Sequence record: ON529852.1
DNA: 64,000 nucleotides
Direction: 5' to 3' (one strand)
Position numbers and translations under genes: made by a program. The number at the start of each line of letters is the position of its first letter. Position 1 is the stretch's first letter. The notes below the pieces were generated by a model. It worked only from the letters and a program-made list of their open reading frames with translations. It was not told where the DNA came from and searched no databases. This document shows positions 45,090 through 54,506 of this stretch, piece after piece.

Positions 45090-46268
45090 ATGGCGACGCT
45101 GATCAACCGCCTGTCGGCGGTGTTGCAACGCGTCGCCGACGAGTTCAACACCGTCGCCACGACCCTGTCGGGGAAGGCGGACAAGGCCGACACCTACACC
45201 AAGGCGGAAGTCGACGCCTTGTCCGGAGGCGTAGCCGTATGGACGGCTAAAACGGGAACCTACACGGCCGTGGACGGAGACCGCATTCTTGCGGATACGT
45301 CTGAGGCGGCCTGGACGCTGACCCTGCCTGAAGCCGGTGCCTTCGTCGAAGTGGCGGACCCGATCGGAGCCTGGGCGACCAACGCCCTGACTGTGAAACC
45401 GGTCGCGGGCGAAGCCCTGCGCGGGGTGGCGGGATACCTGATTTGCGATCAGCCGGCGAACCTCCAGTTTCAGAAGCTGTCTGGCGGCGTCTGGCTGGTG
45501 AGGAAGATCGCCCTGGTGCCTGGCAAGCCGCCGATCTCGATCGACCCGCCTGTCATTACGGGTTCCGCATGGGTGGGCGAAACGCTCACCGCCTTGGCGG
45601 GGGCCTGGGAGAATGCGCCGACCCAGTTCAGTTGGCGCTGGTATGCGAATGGCGTGGTGATCGCCGGCGCAACCGCCTCCACCTACACCGTCGCCCAGGC
45701 GGATGTCGGCAAAGCGATTTCGGTTCGGGTCACCGCAACCAATGGTGACGGAGCCACCACGGCTGTATCCGTCGCGACGAGCCAGGTGCCGAAGTCTCAG
45801 GCGGACTGGCTGGCCCACATTGCGAGCCGCGCGCCGACCTTCGCGGACCCGAACCGACAGATTTCCAACGTCGGCGCCGGCACGTTCCGCTATGTCGGAG
45901 GGACGTCGACCGAAACCAGCTACTGGGGCACGCCGTGGCGCCCGCTCTATGCGAACGGCTTCGCCGGAGCCTTGCGTAGCGGTCTCATCCACGGATTCGC
46001 TTCGGCGGCCGCCTTCACCGCCCAGAACGGCAAGACGATGCTGTTCGTCTCCCGTCTGCTGGGCGAGTTCGCGCAGATCGACGGCCACACCCGTAACGGC
46101 CTCACCAGCGCCACCCTGACCCAGGCTCAGAACGGCGGGTCCCTGATCATGGGCTTTACGCTGGATGAAATCTCCTACTGGGACGCCGCGCTCGGCAAGC
46201 CGATGACTATGCGGCCGTCCGCCACTTCAAACAACGGCCCGAGCGATTACACGCACGCCGCCTGGTGA
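45090..46268 (+). CDS. Fibre protein with Ig-like domain
   Basis: ADKADTYTKAEVD, ILADTSEAAWTLTLP, PVITGSAWVGETLT..STYTV..DVGK.I.V.VTATN. Confidence 0.75.
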   Translation: MATLINRLSAVLQRVADEFNTVATTLSGKADKADTYTKAEVDALSGGVAVWTAKTGTYTAVDGDRILADTSEAAWTLTLPEAGAFVEVADPIGAWATNALTVKPVAGEALRGVAGYLICDQPANLQFQKLSGGVWLVRKIALVPGKPPISIDPPVITGSAWVGETLTALAGAWENAPTQFSWRWYANGVVIAGATASTYTVAQADVGKAISVRVTATNGDGATTAVSVATSQVPKSQADWLAHIASRAPTFADPNRQISNVGAGTFRYVGGTSTETSYWGTPWRPLYANGFAGALRSGLIHGFASAAAFTAQNGKTMLFVSRLLGEFAQIDGHTRNGLTSATLTQAQNGGSLIMGFTLDEISYWDAALGKPMTMRPSATSNNGPSDYTHAAW

Positions 46269-47191
46269 CTATGACCCTTCTCAGCGAACTCTTCCCTGAC
46301 GGCTCCAGCGGCGGCCTGCGCCGTGGCGCTCGCATCAGCCTTACCACCTCAACCACGCTCCAGGTGGCGGACCATGTCGCCCTGGCTCCTGCGGGTTACG
46401 GCCTGTGGGGGTGGGACGTCATCTGCATCGGGGCCGGCGGCTCAGGCATGCGTTACTTCGGCGGTTCCGGCGGCGGCCGAGAACAACGTTTCGTCCCGGT
46501 CGCGGAAGTGGGGACGTCGGTGGCGGTCGTGGTCGGCGCCGGCGGCGTTGCCGTGAGCCACAGCATCGGCTCGCCCGGAGGCGACACCAGCTTTGGCGTC
46601 TCGCTCGGGGCGAGCGGCGGAGGCGCCGGGCTAGGGTCAGCGGCGGTCGACGGCATCTTCCCGGCGCGGACCTCAAAACGACCGCTCGTCGACGTCGGAC
46701 CGAGCAGTGCGACCGCCTGGGCCAACTATCAGACCGGAGCCCCAGGGACTTCGGCGACCGCGACGGTCCCCACGAACGTGTTCGACGGAAGTCGCGGCGG
46801 CGGCGGCGGCGTGGGGCCGTCCCAGGCTGGCGGCTCGGTATGGCCTCACCCGAGCGCCATGAGCACCGTGCGTGCGGCGGGGGGCGGCTTTGGGGGCGTT
46901 GACGGGGGCGCACCTGCTTCAGCCGCCCAACTTGCCCTGGTGCGTGTCCGCGCCGACGTCGCTACAGCGGGGCCAGGCAACCCGTCCACAACGCCAGGCG
47001 CTGCCGGCCACCCCGGCGTGGGCGACTATCCGGGCGGCGGCGGCAACGGCAACGCAGGTTCCGCAGGCAATGTAGCGGGTGACGGCGGCTTTCCCGGCGG
47101 TGGCGGCGGCGGCAGCAACGGCTCCAGCGGAACCCAAGGCAATGGCGCCGACGGCGTCGTCTACCTCTATCCGATTTTCGAGCCTCTTTGA
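46265..47191 (+). CDS. Glycine-rich fibre/adhesin-like protein
   Basis: IGAGGSG, GGSGGG, GGDTSFG, GGFPGGGGGG, GNGADGVV. Confidence 0.75.
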   Translation: MTMTLLSELFPDGSSGGLRRGARISLTTSTTLQVADHVALAPAGYGLWGWDVICIGAGGSGMRYFGGSGGGREQRFVPVAEVGTSVAVVVGAGGVAVSHSIGSPGGDTSFGVSLGASGGGAGLGSAAVDGIFPARTSKRPLVDVGPSSATAWANYQTGAPGTSATATVPTNVFDGSRGGGGGVGPSQAGGSVWPHPSAMSTVRAAGGGFGGVDGGAPASAAQLALVRVRADVATAGPGNPSTTPGAAGHPGVGDYPGGGGNGNAGSAGNVAGDGGFPGGGGGGSNGSSGTQGNGADGVVYLYPIFEPL

Positions 47192-47676
47192 TGCGCCACG
47201 CTCTCATCCGCGACGACCGGGTCGTCAATATCATCCTGTGCGGTCCTGACTTCCAGCCGCCCGAAGGCCTCACGCTTGTTGTGTTGGGTGAAGCCGAAAC
47301 GGCTGCGATCGGCTGGCTCTATGACGGCCAAGGCTTCGCGCCCCCGACCGATGTCGCGCCGGAGCCGCAAACGCCGGACCTGCGCCCGACCAAGGCGCGT
47401 TTCGGCGACCTGTTCACCGATGACGAGCACGCCGCCATGAACCTGATCCGTTGGCAGTGCCGTCAGATGGATGCGGCCGAGCGCGCCATCCCTGGCAATC
47501 CTTTGGTCTACGCCGAGACCTTGTTCATCAAGTTCGACCTGCCGGCTGAGTTCATTGAACTGGACTTGCCCATGGTGGCGCAGGGTCTGGGCCTTCTCGG
47601 CATGTTGGGCGTGTTCGGCGACCGCGCCGAGTCGCGCATTCCCCAGGTCCTGGCGAACGAAGACCCGCCGGCCTAA
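47188..47676 (+). CDS. Putative fibre assembly chaperone
   Basis: ALI.D..VVNI...IGWLYDG..F.PP N-terminus directly after the Gly-rich fibre gene. Confidence 0.55.
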   Translation: MMRHALIRDDRVVNIILCGPDFQPPEGLTLVVLGEAETAAIGWLYDGQGFAPPTDVAPEPQTPDLRPTKARFGDLFTDDEHAAMNLIRWQCRQMDAAERAIPGNPLVYAETLFIKFDLPAEFIELDLPMVAQGLGLLGMLGVFGDRAESRIPQVLANEDPPA

Positions 47677-47861
47677 GTGATCGGCGGATCGACCCATTCG
47701 CCGAACTTGAAGACGCCTGGGCAGGTCTGTCCGTCTTGTCCCTTATGGCGGCGCGGAAATCGTTCGGAGCCGTCTCCTTTATGGCGCCCCTGTCGCGGCA
47801 GGCGTCCGTTCGCGGTCTCTTTACCACAGACGACGCACTGCACGATCAGCCAGGTCGCCAT
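47673..47861 (-). CDS. Small Zn-binding protein
   Basis: CVVCG..H..CPG. Confidence 0.5.
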   Translation of the reverse strand: MATWLIVQCVVCGKETANGRLPRQGRHKGDGSERFPRRHKGQDGQTCPGVFKFGEWVDPPIT

Positions 47862-48300
47862 CAGGCGTCCGGATTGAGCCGCCAGGTGGCGACCGCGCCG
47901 TGACGGGCGCCCACCAGGGTGTTCCTGCGTTCCGCCTTCCTGGCGTTAACCAGCATGCCGAGCATGCCTTGCAGCATCGCCGCGCTGCTGCGGTCGCCCC
48001 AGCGGCGGTGCAGGGCCTCGATGTCTTCCCAGTCGTCGGACAGGATGCCGAGGGCTTCCAGCGCCAGCGGCGGTATGGCGTCCTCGGCCAGACGTCGCGG
48101 CGGGCTCGTCGCCTCCCGCAGCGCCTTCTGGTGTTCGGCCGGCAGGCCGTAGAGCGCGATGAGGCCGTGGCTTAGCATTCGCGCCTGATCGTTCGACAGG
48201 TCAAGCGTGAAGCTGCCCAGGCCGATCTCACAGCGACCGCTGCGATCGATCGATATGCCGCAGTCGCCGTGCGGGCGGAAACGCCCTGTAAATCCAGCGG

Positions 48301-48750
48301 TCATGCCATCTTCCAACGATAGGTCGGCGACCCCGCGCCCGTGGGCTTCGGGTTTTGCTCGATCCGACCTTCCGCCAGCAGGGTGGCGATGGCGCGGTTC
48401 AAGCGCGGGGTCGGAATGCCGGCTTCCCCCATGGAATCGTGGATTTGCAGCGGCGTGCGCCAGAAGCCGCGAATGTGCCGAGCAACCGTCTCGACGTCCT
48501 GCACGGCGACCGACACCAGGCCCATGCGCTCCAGCCATTCCTTGTAGCGCAGGTCGCAGGCAGCCTTGGCCTGATCCACCGTCTTGAACTCGTCGGTGCG
48601 GAAGGGCTGGCTGTTGACGTAGTCGTAGACCGTGACCACCTCGCCGACCTTCTGGATGTCGAACACCGAAGGACCGGCATGACCATCCATGTCCACAGCG
48701 CAGCCATGCGCCTCGTTCTTGTGTTCCGATTGCCAGATCAGCGCGCCCAT
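48301..48750 (-). CDS. Hypothetical protein with possible C-terminal winged helix
   Basis: SD GAGGAGG after promoter 48782. Confidence 0.65.
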   Translation of the reverse strand: MGALIWQSEHKNEAHGCAVDMDGHAGPSVFDIQKVGEVVTVYDYVNSQPFRTDEFKTVDQAKAACDLRYKEWLERMGLVSVAVQDVETVARHIRGFWRTPLQIHDSMGEAGIPTPRLNRAIATLLAEGRIEQNPKPTGAGSPTYRWKMA

Positions 48751-48781
48751 ACGGCCCTCCTCGAATGTCGTTGAGGTGGTT

Positions 48782-48808
48782 GTAAAGGAATGATTTGCGG
48801 CTGTCAAT
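48782..48808 (-). promoter_or_regulatory. Phage-type promoter
   Basis: TTGACA-GCCGCAAATCA-TTCCTTTAC. Confidence 0.8.
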
Positions 48809-49046
48809 CCCACTGGAAGGCGTCCCAGTCGATCGCCAGCCGCGCCGCTTCCTCTTCCGAGATCGGGTGAGGGTCCGAACAGACCCGATAGGGCTCGCCC
48901 TTCAGGGTGACACGGCGGATGTGCCGCCCCTGGTGGCGTTCGTAGGCGCTGCACAGGCAATCGCCGCGAACTTCGTAAACCTCGACCACAATGCCAGGCT
49001 CGATCTTGCGCCGCCGTCGCCGGTTCATCGTCTTAAGGGTCGCCAT
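48804..49046 (-). CDS. Hypothetical protein
   Basis: Operon packing. Confidence 0.5.
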   Translation of the reverse strand: MATLKTMNRRRRRKIEPGIVVEVYEVRGDCLCSAYERHQGRHIRRVTLKGEPYRVCSDPHPISEEEAARLAIDWDAFQWD

Positions 49047-49205
49047 GTCGCGCCTCCAGCTTGGTGTTGAGGTCAGCCCAGGCCTGGGCGACGCGACGGT
49101 CGCGCTCCCGATCGGTAATGCGCCCTTGGTTCCGCAGCAGGTCTGCGTCCTCGATCTTCCAGCGGCAATGGCGCTTCAGTTCCGCCTCCGAGGCGACATA
49201 GGCGC

Positions 49206-49829
49206 TCAATCGTCTAGTCCACGCAACGTGAGTTCCGAGAGTGCGCCGCGCCGCGCCATCGCCGCCCGACAACGGTTCAGGAAGTCGGGGTAGGCGGCGA
49301 TCTTGTCCCGAGCGCAGTAGAGGATGCGCAGGTAGGTGACGATCTCGTTGTTGGACATCCGCGTCGGATCGCGCGCGGCGTAGACCTCCGACAGATAGAC
49401 CCAGTTCTCGGCGTGGGCATGGTCGCTCAGATCGCGCATCAACGCCGTCATCAGCGACGTCGACAGGGGCGCGGGGGTCTGGGCGATCGCCCAGCAGCGG
49501 TCCGCCGCCGACTGGGTGTGGAGGCAGGCGACCGTACCGCCGCTCGGATCGTATTCCCCGCCGTGACGGACATGGAATATGTCCCAGATGGCCCGGCCGA
49601 TCTGCTCAATCTGCGCCTGCTCGTGCGTCAGTTGAGGCTCGGGAGGGCGGACCCAATCGGGACCTTGCGGATAGGCTTTTTCGAAATCGGTCCAGGCCTC
49701 GGCCGCTTCACGTCGGGCGTCGTCATGGGACAGATAGCCCAGGCGACGCCGCCTCGCGGCGGTTTCCGCCCGGTATTCGGTCACAGCGCGGGCGTCGTCC
49801 TCGGACGTCTCGGCGTCGAAGTAGGGCAT
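49206..49829 (-). CDS. Hypothetical protein
   Basis: SD GGAGG. Confidence 0.6.
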   Translation of the reverse strand: MPYFDAETSEDDARAVTEYRAETAARRRRLGYLSHDDARREAAEAWTDFEKAYPQGPDWVRPPEPQLTHEQAQIEQIGRAIWDIFHVRHGGEYDPSGGTVACLHTQSAADRCWAIAQTPAPLSTSLMTALMRDLSDHAHAENWVYLSEVYAARDPTRMSNNEIVTYLRILYCARDKIAAYPDFLNRCRAAMARRGALSELTLRGLDD

Positions 49830-50079
49830 AGGGCCTCCGGGTTAGGCGTTGGCGGCGGACAGGAAATAGCGCTGGGTTTGGTCCAGCCAGAGATGAAACG
49901 GCCGTACCGCCGCCTTTACGCCGCCACGCGGGGCCGTCTGGTCGAACAGGGCTTGTGCGCGGCCGACCTGGTCGGCGGTGACGCCGAGGCGTCGCATCTC
50001 AGTCTCAACAGTCGTCATGGGGCTCCAAGTACGCAGGAGGGGAAGAAGGCGGGCCGCCGGAGCGGCCCGCCGTTGTGGA

Positions 50080-51381
50080 TTAGGCGCTTGCCTTGTCCAG
50101 GGTCGTCGAGGTGGCATCGCGCGGCTGGAACTTGCCGTCCTCGGCGCGGGTCATGTTGGCGAGGCGCTCGGCCGGCGAGACCTTGGGCGCCGGCATGCGC
50201 AGGTCGGCGCGGGGGAAGGTCAGGCTGCTCGGGACATAGCCCATGATCGCCAGGTCCTTCTGGGTCGGGCTGGTGATGCCCCGGATCGTCGTCAGCGACT
50301 TGTCGACCGCAAAGGCGTTCCAGGCGCGGGCGGCGGCGCCGAAGGCGACGGACGGATGCACGATGTTGCGGCTGCGCGCGCGCTCCAGCGCCTCCCACTC
50401 ACGCAGCGTCAGGCGCGGGTCGCCCTTCTCCAGTCCGGCGCCGGTTTCAAGCGCCTCCAGGAACTCGTCCACCTTCGAACTGAACAGGCCCTTGCTGTCG
50501 CCCAGCGCCAGCACGGCGGCGAGCGGACCCTTGGGGAAGCGAATCTTGCGCTTGGCGACCTTGTCGATGACGCCGTCCAGGACGGGGTTGGCTTCGATGA
50601 ACTCCAGCAGGGCGACGCGGCCCAGCGGGCCGGTCAGCGACAGGTTGGCCCCGTAGTTGTGCACGAAGCGTCCGGCGGTCGCCAGCAGGCTGGAGTTCTC
50701 CTTGCCCGCCAAGGCGACGACGTCGCCGGCCGAACGGGTCTTGCCGTTGTCGATCGTGGTGAAGACTTCATCAGCCGCGTCGTAGGCGATCAACATCTTC
50801 AGCGTGACGCCGGCGCGGACGATGGCGTGCAGGCGGTGCTGACCGTCCAGCAGGCGGTTGGTGAGGCTCACCACGATGGTGGCGCCGTTCTGTTGCCAGG
50901 ACCCGGCGATCATATCTTGCGCGTACTTCCGCACCAACGCTTCCGAGAGCGGGCGGTTGTGGGTGTTGGCTTTCAGCAGGGCTTCGGCCTCGTCGGGGCC
51001 GATCATTTCGAACTGGATACGGGGCTGCATGGGCGCGGGTTGTCCTTTCGTGGCAGGGGCGGACGAGACCAGGGTCGCGGCCGGAGCAGATGAAGGTGAA
51101 GGGATGGACTTGGGGACCACCTTGAGCGCACGCGGTTGAGCGCCTCGGGTGGAGAAGAGCGGCGTGACGTCGCCGGCGGTTGCGGCTCCGGTCGCAGAGG
51201 CGGTCGTTTTACCGGCCTTGCGGTCGGCGCGCACGCGTTCGTAAATATCGGGAGCCTTGGCTTTCACCATCTGCTGCACGCCTGTGCGGTCGACGTTGAA
51301 ATGACGCCCAAGTTGGGCGAAGGAGTAGTTGCCCGTCGCGAACATCTTGATCGCTTCGTCATGGTTATACTTGGCTTGCAA
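50080..51381 (-). CDS. HTH plus ParB/Srx-like (DGQHR) domain protein
   Basis: NRPLS..V.KYA.DM..G.W..NG.TI..LLDGQHRL.AIV; N-terminal HTH; TTG start with SD AGGAG. Confidence 0.8.
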   Translation of the reverse strand: MQAKYNHDEAIKMFATGNYSFAQLGRHFNVDRTGVQQMVKAKAPDIYERVRADRKAGKTTASATGAATAGDVTPLFSTRGAQPRALKVVPKSIPSPSSAPAATLVSSAPATKGQPAPMQPRIQFEMIGPDEAEALLKANTHNRPLSEALVRKYAQDMIAGSWQQNGATIVVSLTNRLLDGQHRLHAIVRAGVTLKMLIAYDAADEVFTTIDNGKTRSAGDVVALAGKENSSLLATAGRFVHNYGANLSLTGPLGRVALLEFIEANPVLDGVIDKVAKRKIRFPKGPLAAVLALGDSKGLFSSKVDEFLEALETGAGLEKGDPRLTLREWEALERARSRNIVHPSVAFGAAARAWNAFAVDKSLTTIRGITSPTQKDLAIMGYVPSSLTFPRADLRMPAPKVSPAERLANMTRAEDGKFQPRDATSTTLDKASA

Positions 51382-51382
51382 T

Positions 51383-51733
51383 TCAGAACTCCTGGGTCTT
51401 AGGGGGCTTGGAGACGCAGACGCGCCGGGGCTTGACGGGGGTTACGTGGTCGGGGTGGCGTTTCAGCGCCCGGCCGGGATGGCCCAGACGTCGGAGCGTG
51501 GCGTGATTGGCGCGCGAGGAGACCCGTCCGACCGGGAAGGCGCCTTTGACCGGGACCACCTTGCCGTAGCAATCGGGGTTCAAAGGGTCGTCGCCATACC
51601 ACAGGCCCGTGAAAAGGTAGTCCCCCGGCACACGGATCAGGGAGGTCGGACGCTCGACGTCCGCCTTGGACAGCGACAAACGCACCCACAGGCGGTCGCT
51701 GCGATCTCTCGGGCGGCGGTAGAGCGCGCTCAT
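51383..51733 (-). CDS. Hypothetical protein
   Basis: Operon packing. Confidence 0.5.
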   Translation of the reverse strand: MSALYRRPRDRSDRLWVRLSLSKADVERPTSLIRVPGDYLFTGLWYGDDPLNPDCYGKVVPVKGAFPVGRVSSRANHATLRRLGHPGRALKRHPDHVTPVKPRRVCVSKPPKTQEF

Positions 51734-52083
51734 GCCGGGGCGTCCAGGATGGCCGAGAGCGATTCGATCTCGGCGGTCGTCAGGTGCGAAGGCGGGTCCA
51801 TGTCATCCGCAAGCTTCCGGAGCCGACGCCAGGCCGCCTTGCGACCCTGCTCGGCGTCGAAGGCGTCTCGGCTCGGCCAGAGTTGGGCGCGATGGCCGAA
51901 GTCGGAATCCTGGCGCCCCGAGAAGTCATAGCGGTCCTGGGACCAGGTTGCCGATTGCACCGTCAACCAGGCGCGACCGATCTTCACGACCTTCGCCTCG
52001 GAGGTCTCGATCCCGCGCCGGCCCGGATAGGCGATGATCACCGCTTGGCCTTCGGTCCAGGTGCTTTTATCGAACGTCGGCAT
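51730..52083 (-). CDS. Hypothetical protein
   Basis: SD GGAGG after promoter 52113. Confidence 0.65.
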   Translation of the reverse strand: MPTFDKSTWTEGQAVIIAYPGRRGIETSEAKVVKIGRAWLTVQSATWSQDRYDFSGRQDSDFGHRAQLWPSRDAFDAEQGRKAAWRRLRKLADDMDPPSHLTTAEIESLSAILDAPA

Positions 52084-52112
52084 CAGCCCTCCCTCTCGTC
52101 TGAAGAGATGAC

Positions 52113-52139
52113 GTAAAGGAATGGTTTCCGGCTGTCAAC
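52113..52139 (-). promoter_or_regulatory. Phage-type promoter
   Basis: TTGACA-GCCGGAAACCA-TTCCTTTAC. Confidence 0.8.
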
Positions 52140-52288
52140 AGTCTCGCGCTGAATATTCGCAACGTCGTAGCCGCTCGCATCGAGCAACGCGTAGGCGATG
52201 TCTCCAGCCCTTTCAAGCGGCGCCGCGCCGCTATGGACGAGACCCGCCGCAATGGCGTTGAGTTGACGCCGGGTGGCGACGGGGGCCG

Positions 52289-52636
52289 TCATGCGTGACC
52301 TCGCGTGCGAACGGCCTCGCAGACCTCGCTGGCGGGGTCGCCGTCGTTGTTGCGCCGTCGTTCGCTGGCAGGGTGTTTGCGCCATCCTGACGGCTCGCCC
52401 TGGAAGTCCCGCTCGGACCATTCGATCAGGGCGAGCAGGGCGCGGCGGAAGTCCGCATAGCAGTAGCGGTCGAGATAGCCCGAACGGTCGCCCACCTCCC
52501 CGATGTGCAGGGTCCAGTGGAAGAGCAGCGGCTTGACCCCGCACCACATGGCGTCCGGCATGATCAGCGCGGCGGCGTATCCCTGGCTTTCCAGCCAGGT
52601 CAGGAACTCGGCTTCAGCGGCGTCCGGCTTAAGCAT
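52289..52636 (-). CDS. Conserved-type phage protein
   Basis: W.G...LLFHW.L..G...Y.DRYCY..EP.GW.KH. Confidence 0.6.
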   Translation of the reverse strand: MLKPDAAEAEFLTWLESQGYAAALIMPDAMWCGVKPLLFHWTLHIGEVGDRSGYLDRYCYADFRRALLALIEWSERDFQGEPSGWRKHPASERRRNNDGDPASEVCEAVRTRGHA

Positions 52637-52976
52637 CGGGAGAACAGGCTGCGGCGCAGCGCAGCCCCATCGCCCAGCCGGCGGCGTTCGGGCGGAACCG
52701 GGCGATCGGCGAGAGAAAGTCGACGGATTCGCTGAAGTGCGGATCGACCACGCCGCGATTGCGCGCCACCACCGCCTCAAAGCAATCCGCCTGGAACAAC
52801 ATGATCTTGCGACCCTCGTAGTTGCTGGCGTCCGGATACTGGACCTCGACGAGCACGAAGGCGCCGACGCGCAACTGTTGGATCAGGCGGAAGTTCGTTG
52901 CGACGGGATTTCCCGGCGGCGGCGCCGCCGGGCGATCGAAGGTGGAGCCGCTCAACCGGTAGCCGACCCCCATCAC
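52629..52976 (-). CDS. Conserved-type phage protein
   Basis: VQYPDASNYEGRKIMLF..DPHF..SPIARFRP..GW. Confidence 0.7.
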   Translation of the reverse strand: MMGVGYRLSGSTFDRPAAPPPGNPVATNFRLIQQLRVGAFVLVEVQYPDASNYEGRKIMLFQADCFEAVVARNRGVVDPHFSESVDFLSPIARFRPNAAGWAMGLRCAAACSPDA

Positions 52977-53302
52977 GACGCCCTTTCGCTCAGGTAGACG
53001 ACATTGGAGCCGTCGATCGCGCCCAGCCCCTGGTCGGCGTTGAGCGCACGTTCGACGCGGCGCTGCGCGTCCAGGCGGAACTGATCGCGATCCGCCATCG
53101 TCACCAGCGGAAGCGTCAAAGGCCCGCCCGTCAAGGCCAGGCCGTGGGACCGCGCGGCATCGGCCGCGCCCGTCCGGGTGCCGAAAGCGCCGTAGTGCGG
53201 CTGCGCCTTACCGGGGAAGAGCGTGCTTTCACTGACCAGGCGGTATTGGTGGGGATGGCTGCGGTAGCCGGTAGACTCTTCTATGATCCAGGCCTTGCGC
53301 AT
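52973..53302 (-). CDS. Hypothetical protein
   Basis: Operon packing. Confidence 0.5.
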   Translation of the reverse strand: MRKAWIIEESTGYRSHPHQYRLVSESTLFPGKAQPHYGAFGTRTGAADAARSHGLALTGGPLTLPLVTMADRDQFRLDAQRRVERALNADQGLGAIDGSNVVYLSERAS

Positions 53303-53303
53303 C

Positions 53304-53765
53304 TCAGACCGCCTTGCTCTTGGGCCAGTGCCGCAGCACACCGGCGGCGATCTGCTGCCCGCGCGCGGTGAGCGTGGTCTTGCCCGTCAGCAGCCCCAGG
53401 CGGATGAGATGGTCGAAGATCGGTTGCAGAGACCCGACTTCGGCCGGCATCGGGCGCTCCTGATGCAGACGGATCAGCACCCGGCGATCGTCTTCGTCAA
53501 GGGCGCTGTAGATTTGTTGACGTTCGCTGGCGTCGACTTCGCCCGTCTCGATCAACGTGGAGTCGATCTCCAACGCGCGCGCCGTCAGCATGTCGGCGAT
53601 CTCCATCGCGGTATGCATGGCGCTGTTGCGATCCTGCGTGCGGAACGCGGCGACAAGGCGATGGCCCATCTGCGCAGCCGCCCAGGCCGAGATCACCTTG
53701 GGAGAGCCTACAGGCTCCGCCGCCATCACGGTGTCCAGGGGAACTTCGATGTCGAACTCTTCCAC
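53304..53765 (-). CDS. Hypothetical protein
   Basis: GTG start with SD AGGAGG after promoter 53796. Confidence 0.6.
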   Translation of the reverse strand: MEEFDIEVPLDTVMAAEPVGSPKVISAWAAAQMGHRLVAAFRTQDRNSAMHTAMEIADMLTARALEIDSTLIETGEVDASERQQIYSALDEDDRRVLIRLHQERPMPAEVGSLQPIFDHLIRLGLLTGKTTLTARGQQIAAGVLRHWPKSKAV

Positions 53766-53795
53766 GCAGCCTCCTATGTGTCGTCGAACCACCGC

Positions 53796-53822
53796 GTAAA
53801 GGAATGAATCCTGACTGTCAAC
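53796..53822 (-). promoter_or_regulatory. Phage-type promoter
   Basis: TTGACA-GTCAGGATTCA-TTCCTTTAC. Confidence 0.8.
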
Positions 53823-53969
53823 CACCGCCAGTTCTGCTGACGTAGCTTGTCCTTTCACTGGGCGTCCTGTTTTCAGCGCGTGCTGAAACCACCGTGGGGA
53901 GTGAAACCGGCCGTCTTGCGCCATCGGCTGGCCGAGATATGGTGTCGGACGGCCATGGGAGGCAAGCGC

Positions 53970-54269
53970 ATGACTTACATGACGATCGGGCAGGTGGGCG
54001 CGATGGCGCGAGGTCGGGGCATGGTTTTCAGCCGGACCGCCGACACCTATCAATTCCGGCTGCGGTATCGGGACCCGACCGCCTCTGATGCGGACGGCCG
54101 TTCAGAATGGATCACGGCGGACCTTCAAGAAATCATCGCGGTGCTGCGAACCATGGAGCCGTTCGAACCGCCTCCGGTCGTCACCATCCCCCGCCAGGCG
54201 AACTTCAGCAACAATCGGGCGTGCAGCGACCTGGAGCCGCGCGACAAGCGCTCGTCCAGCGACTACTAG
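53970..54269 (+). CDS. Hypothetical protein
   Basis: TTGCGC..TATGGT promoter; SD GGAGG. Confidence 0.55.
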   Translation: MTYMTIGQVGAMARGRGMVFSRTADTYQFRLRYRDPTASDADGRSEWITADLQEIIAVLRTMEPFEPPPVVTIPRQANFSNNRACSDLEPRDKRSSSDY

Positions 54270-54333
54270 GACAACGCCTAAGGACAGGATGTCCGCCTAA
54301 GTATACATCACGGGTAAAAAGAGTCCGATGGCT

Positions 54334-54383
54334 CACTCGTGGGCTTCGCCCCCTCGTGACCGGCTGCCGCCGGCCCCCTCCGG
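54334..54383 (+). repeat. Dispersed double-hairpin element
   Basis: CACTCGT-GGGC(TTC)GCCC-CCTCGTGA-CCGGC(TGCC)GCCGG; CCGGCACAGCCG follows at about 54410. Confidence 0.85.
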
Positions 54384-54506
54384 ACGCCCTGCGCTCAGAC
54401 CGACCCGGACCGGCACAGCCGTTTCGGTCGATGTGGATTTTTTCATGTTGCTTAAGTCAGCTTCATGTTGTTTAAGTCGCGTCATCGCTCAATCAAGGAG
54501 ACCGCG

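Noticed and set aside
53850-53955. Nested inverted repeats (TTTCACT/AGTGAAA, TTTCAGC/GCTGAAA) as another ncRNA
   Set aside because: Lies between divergent promoters with no terminator; could be operators, and support is too weak
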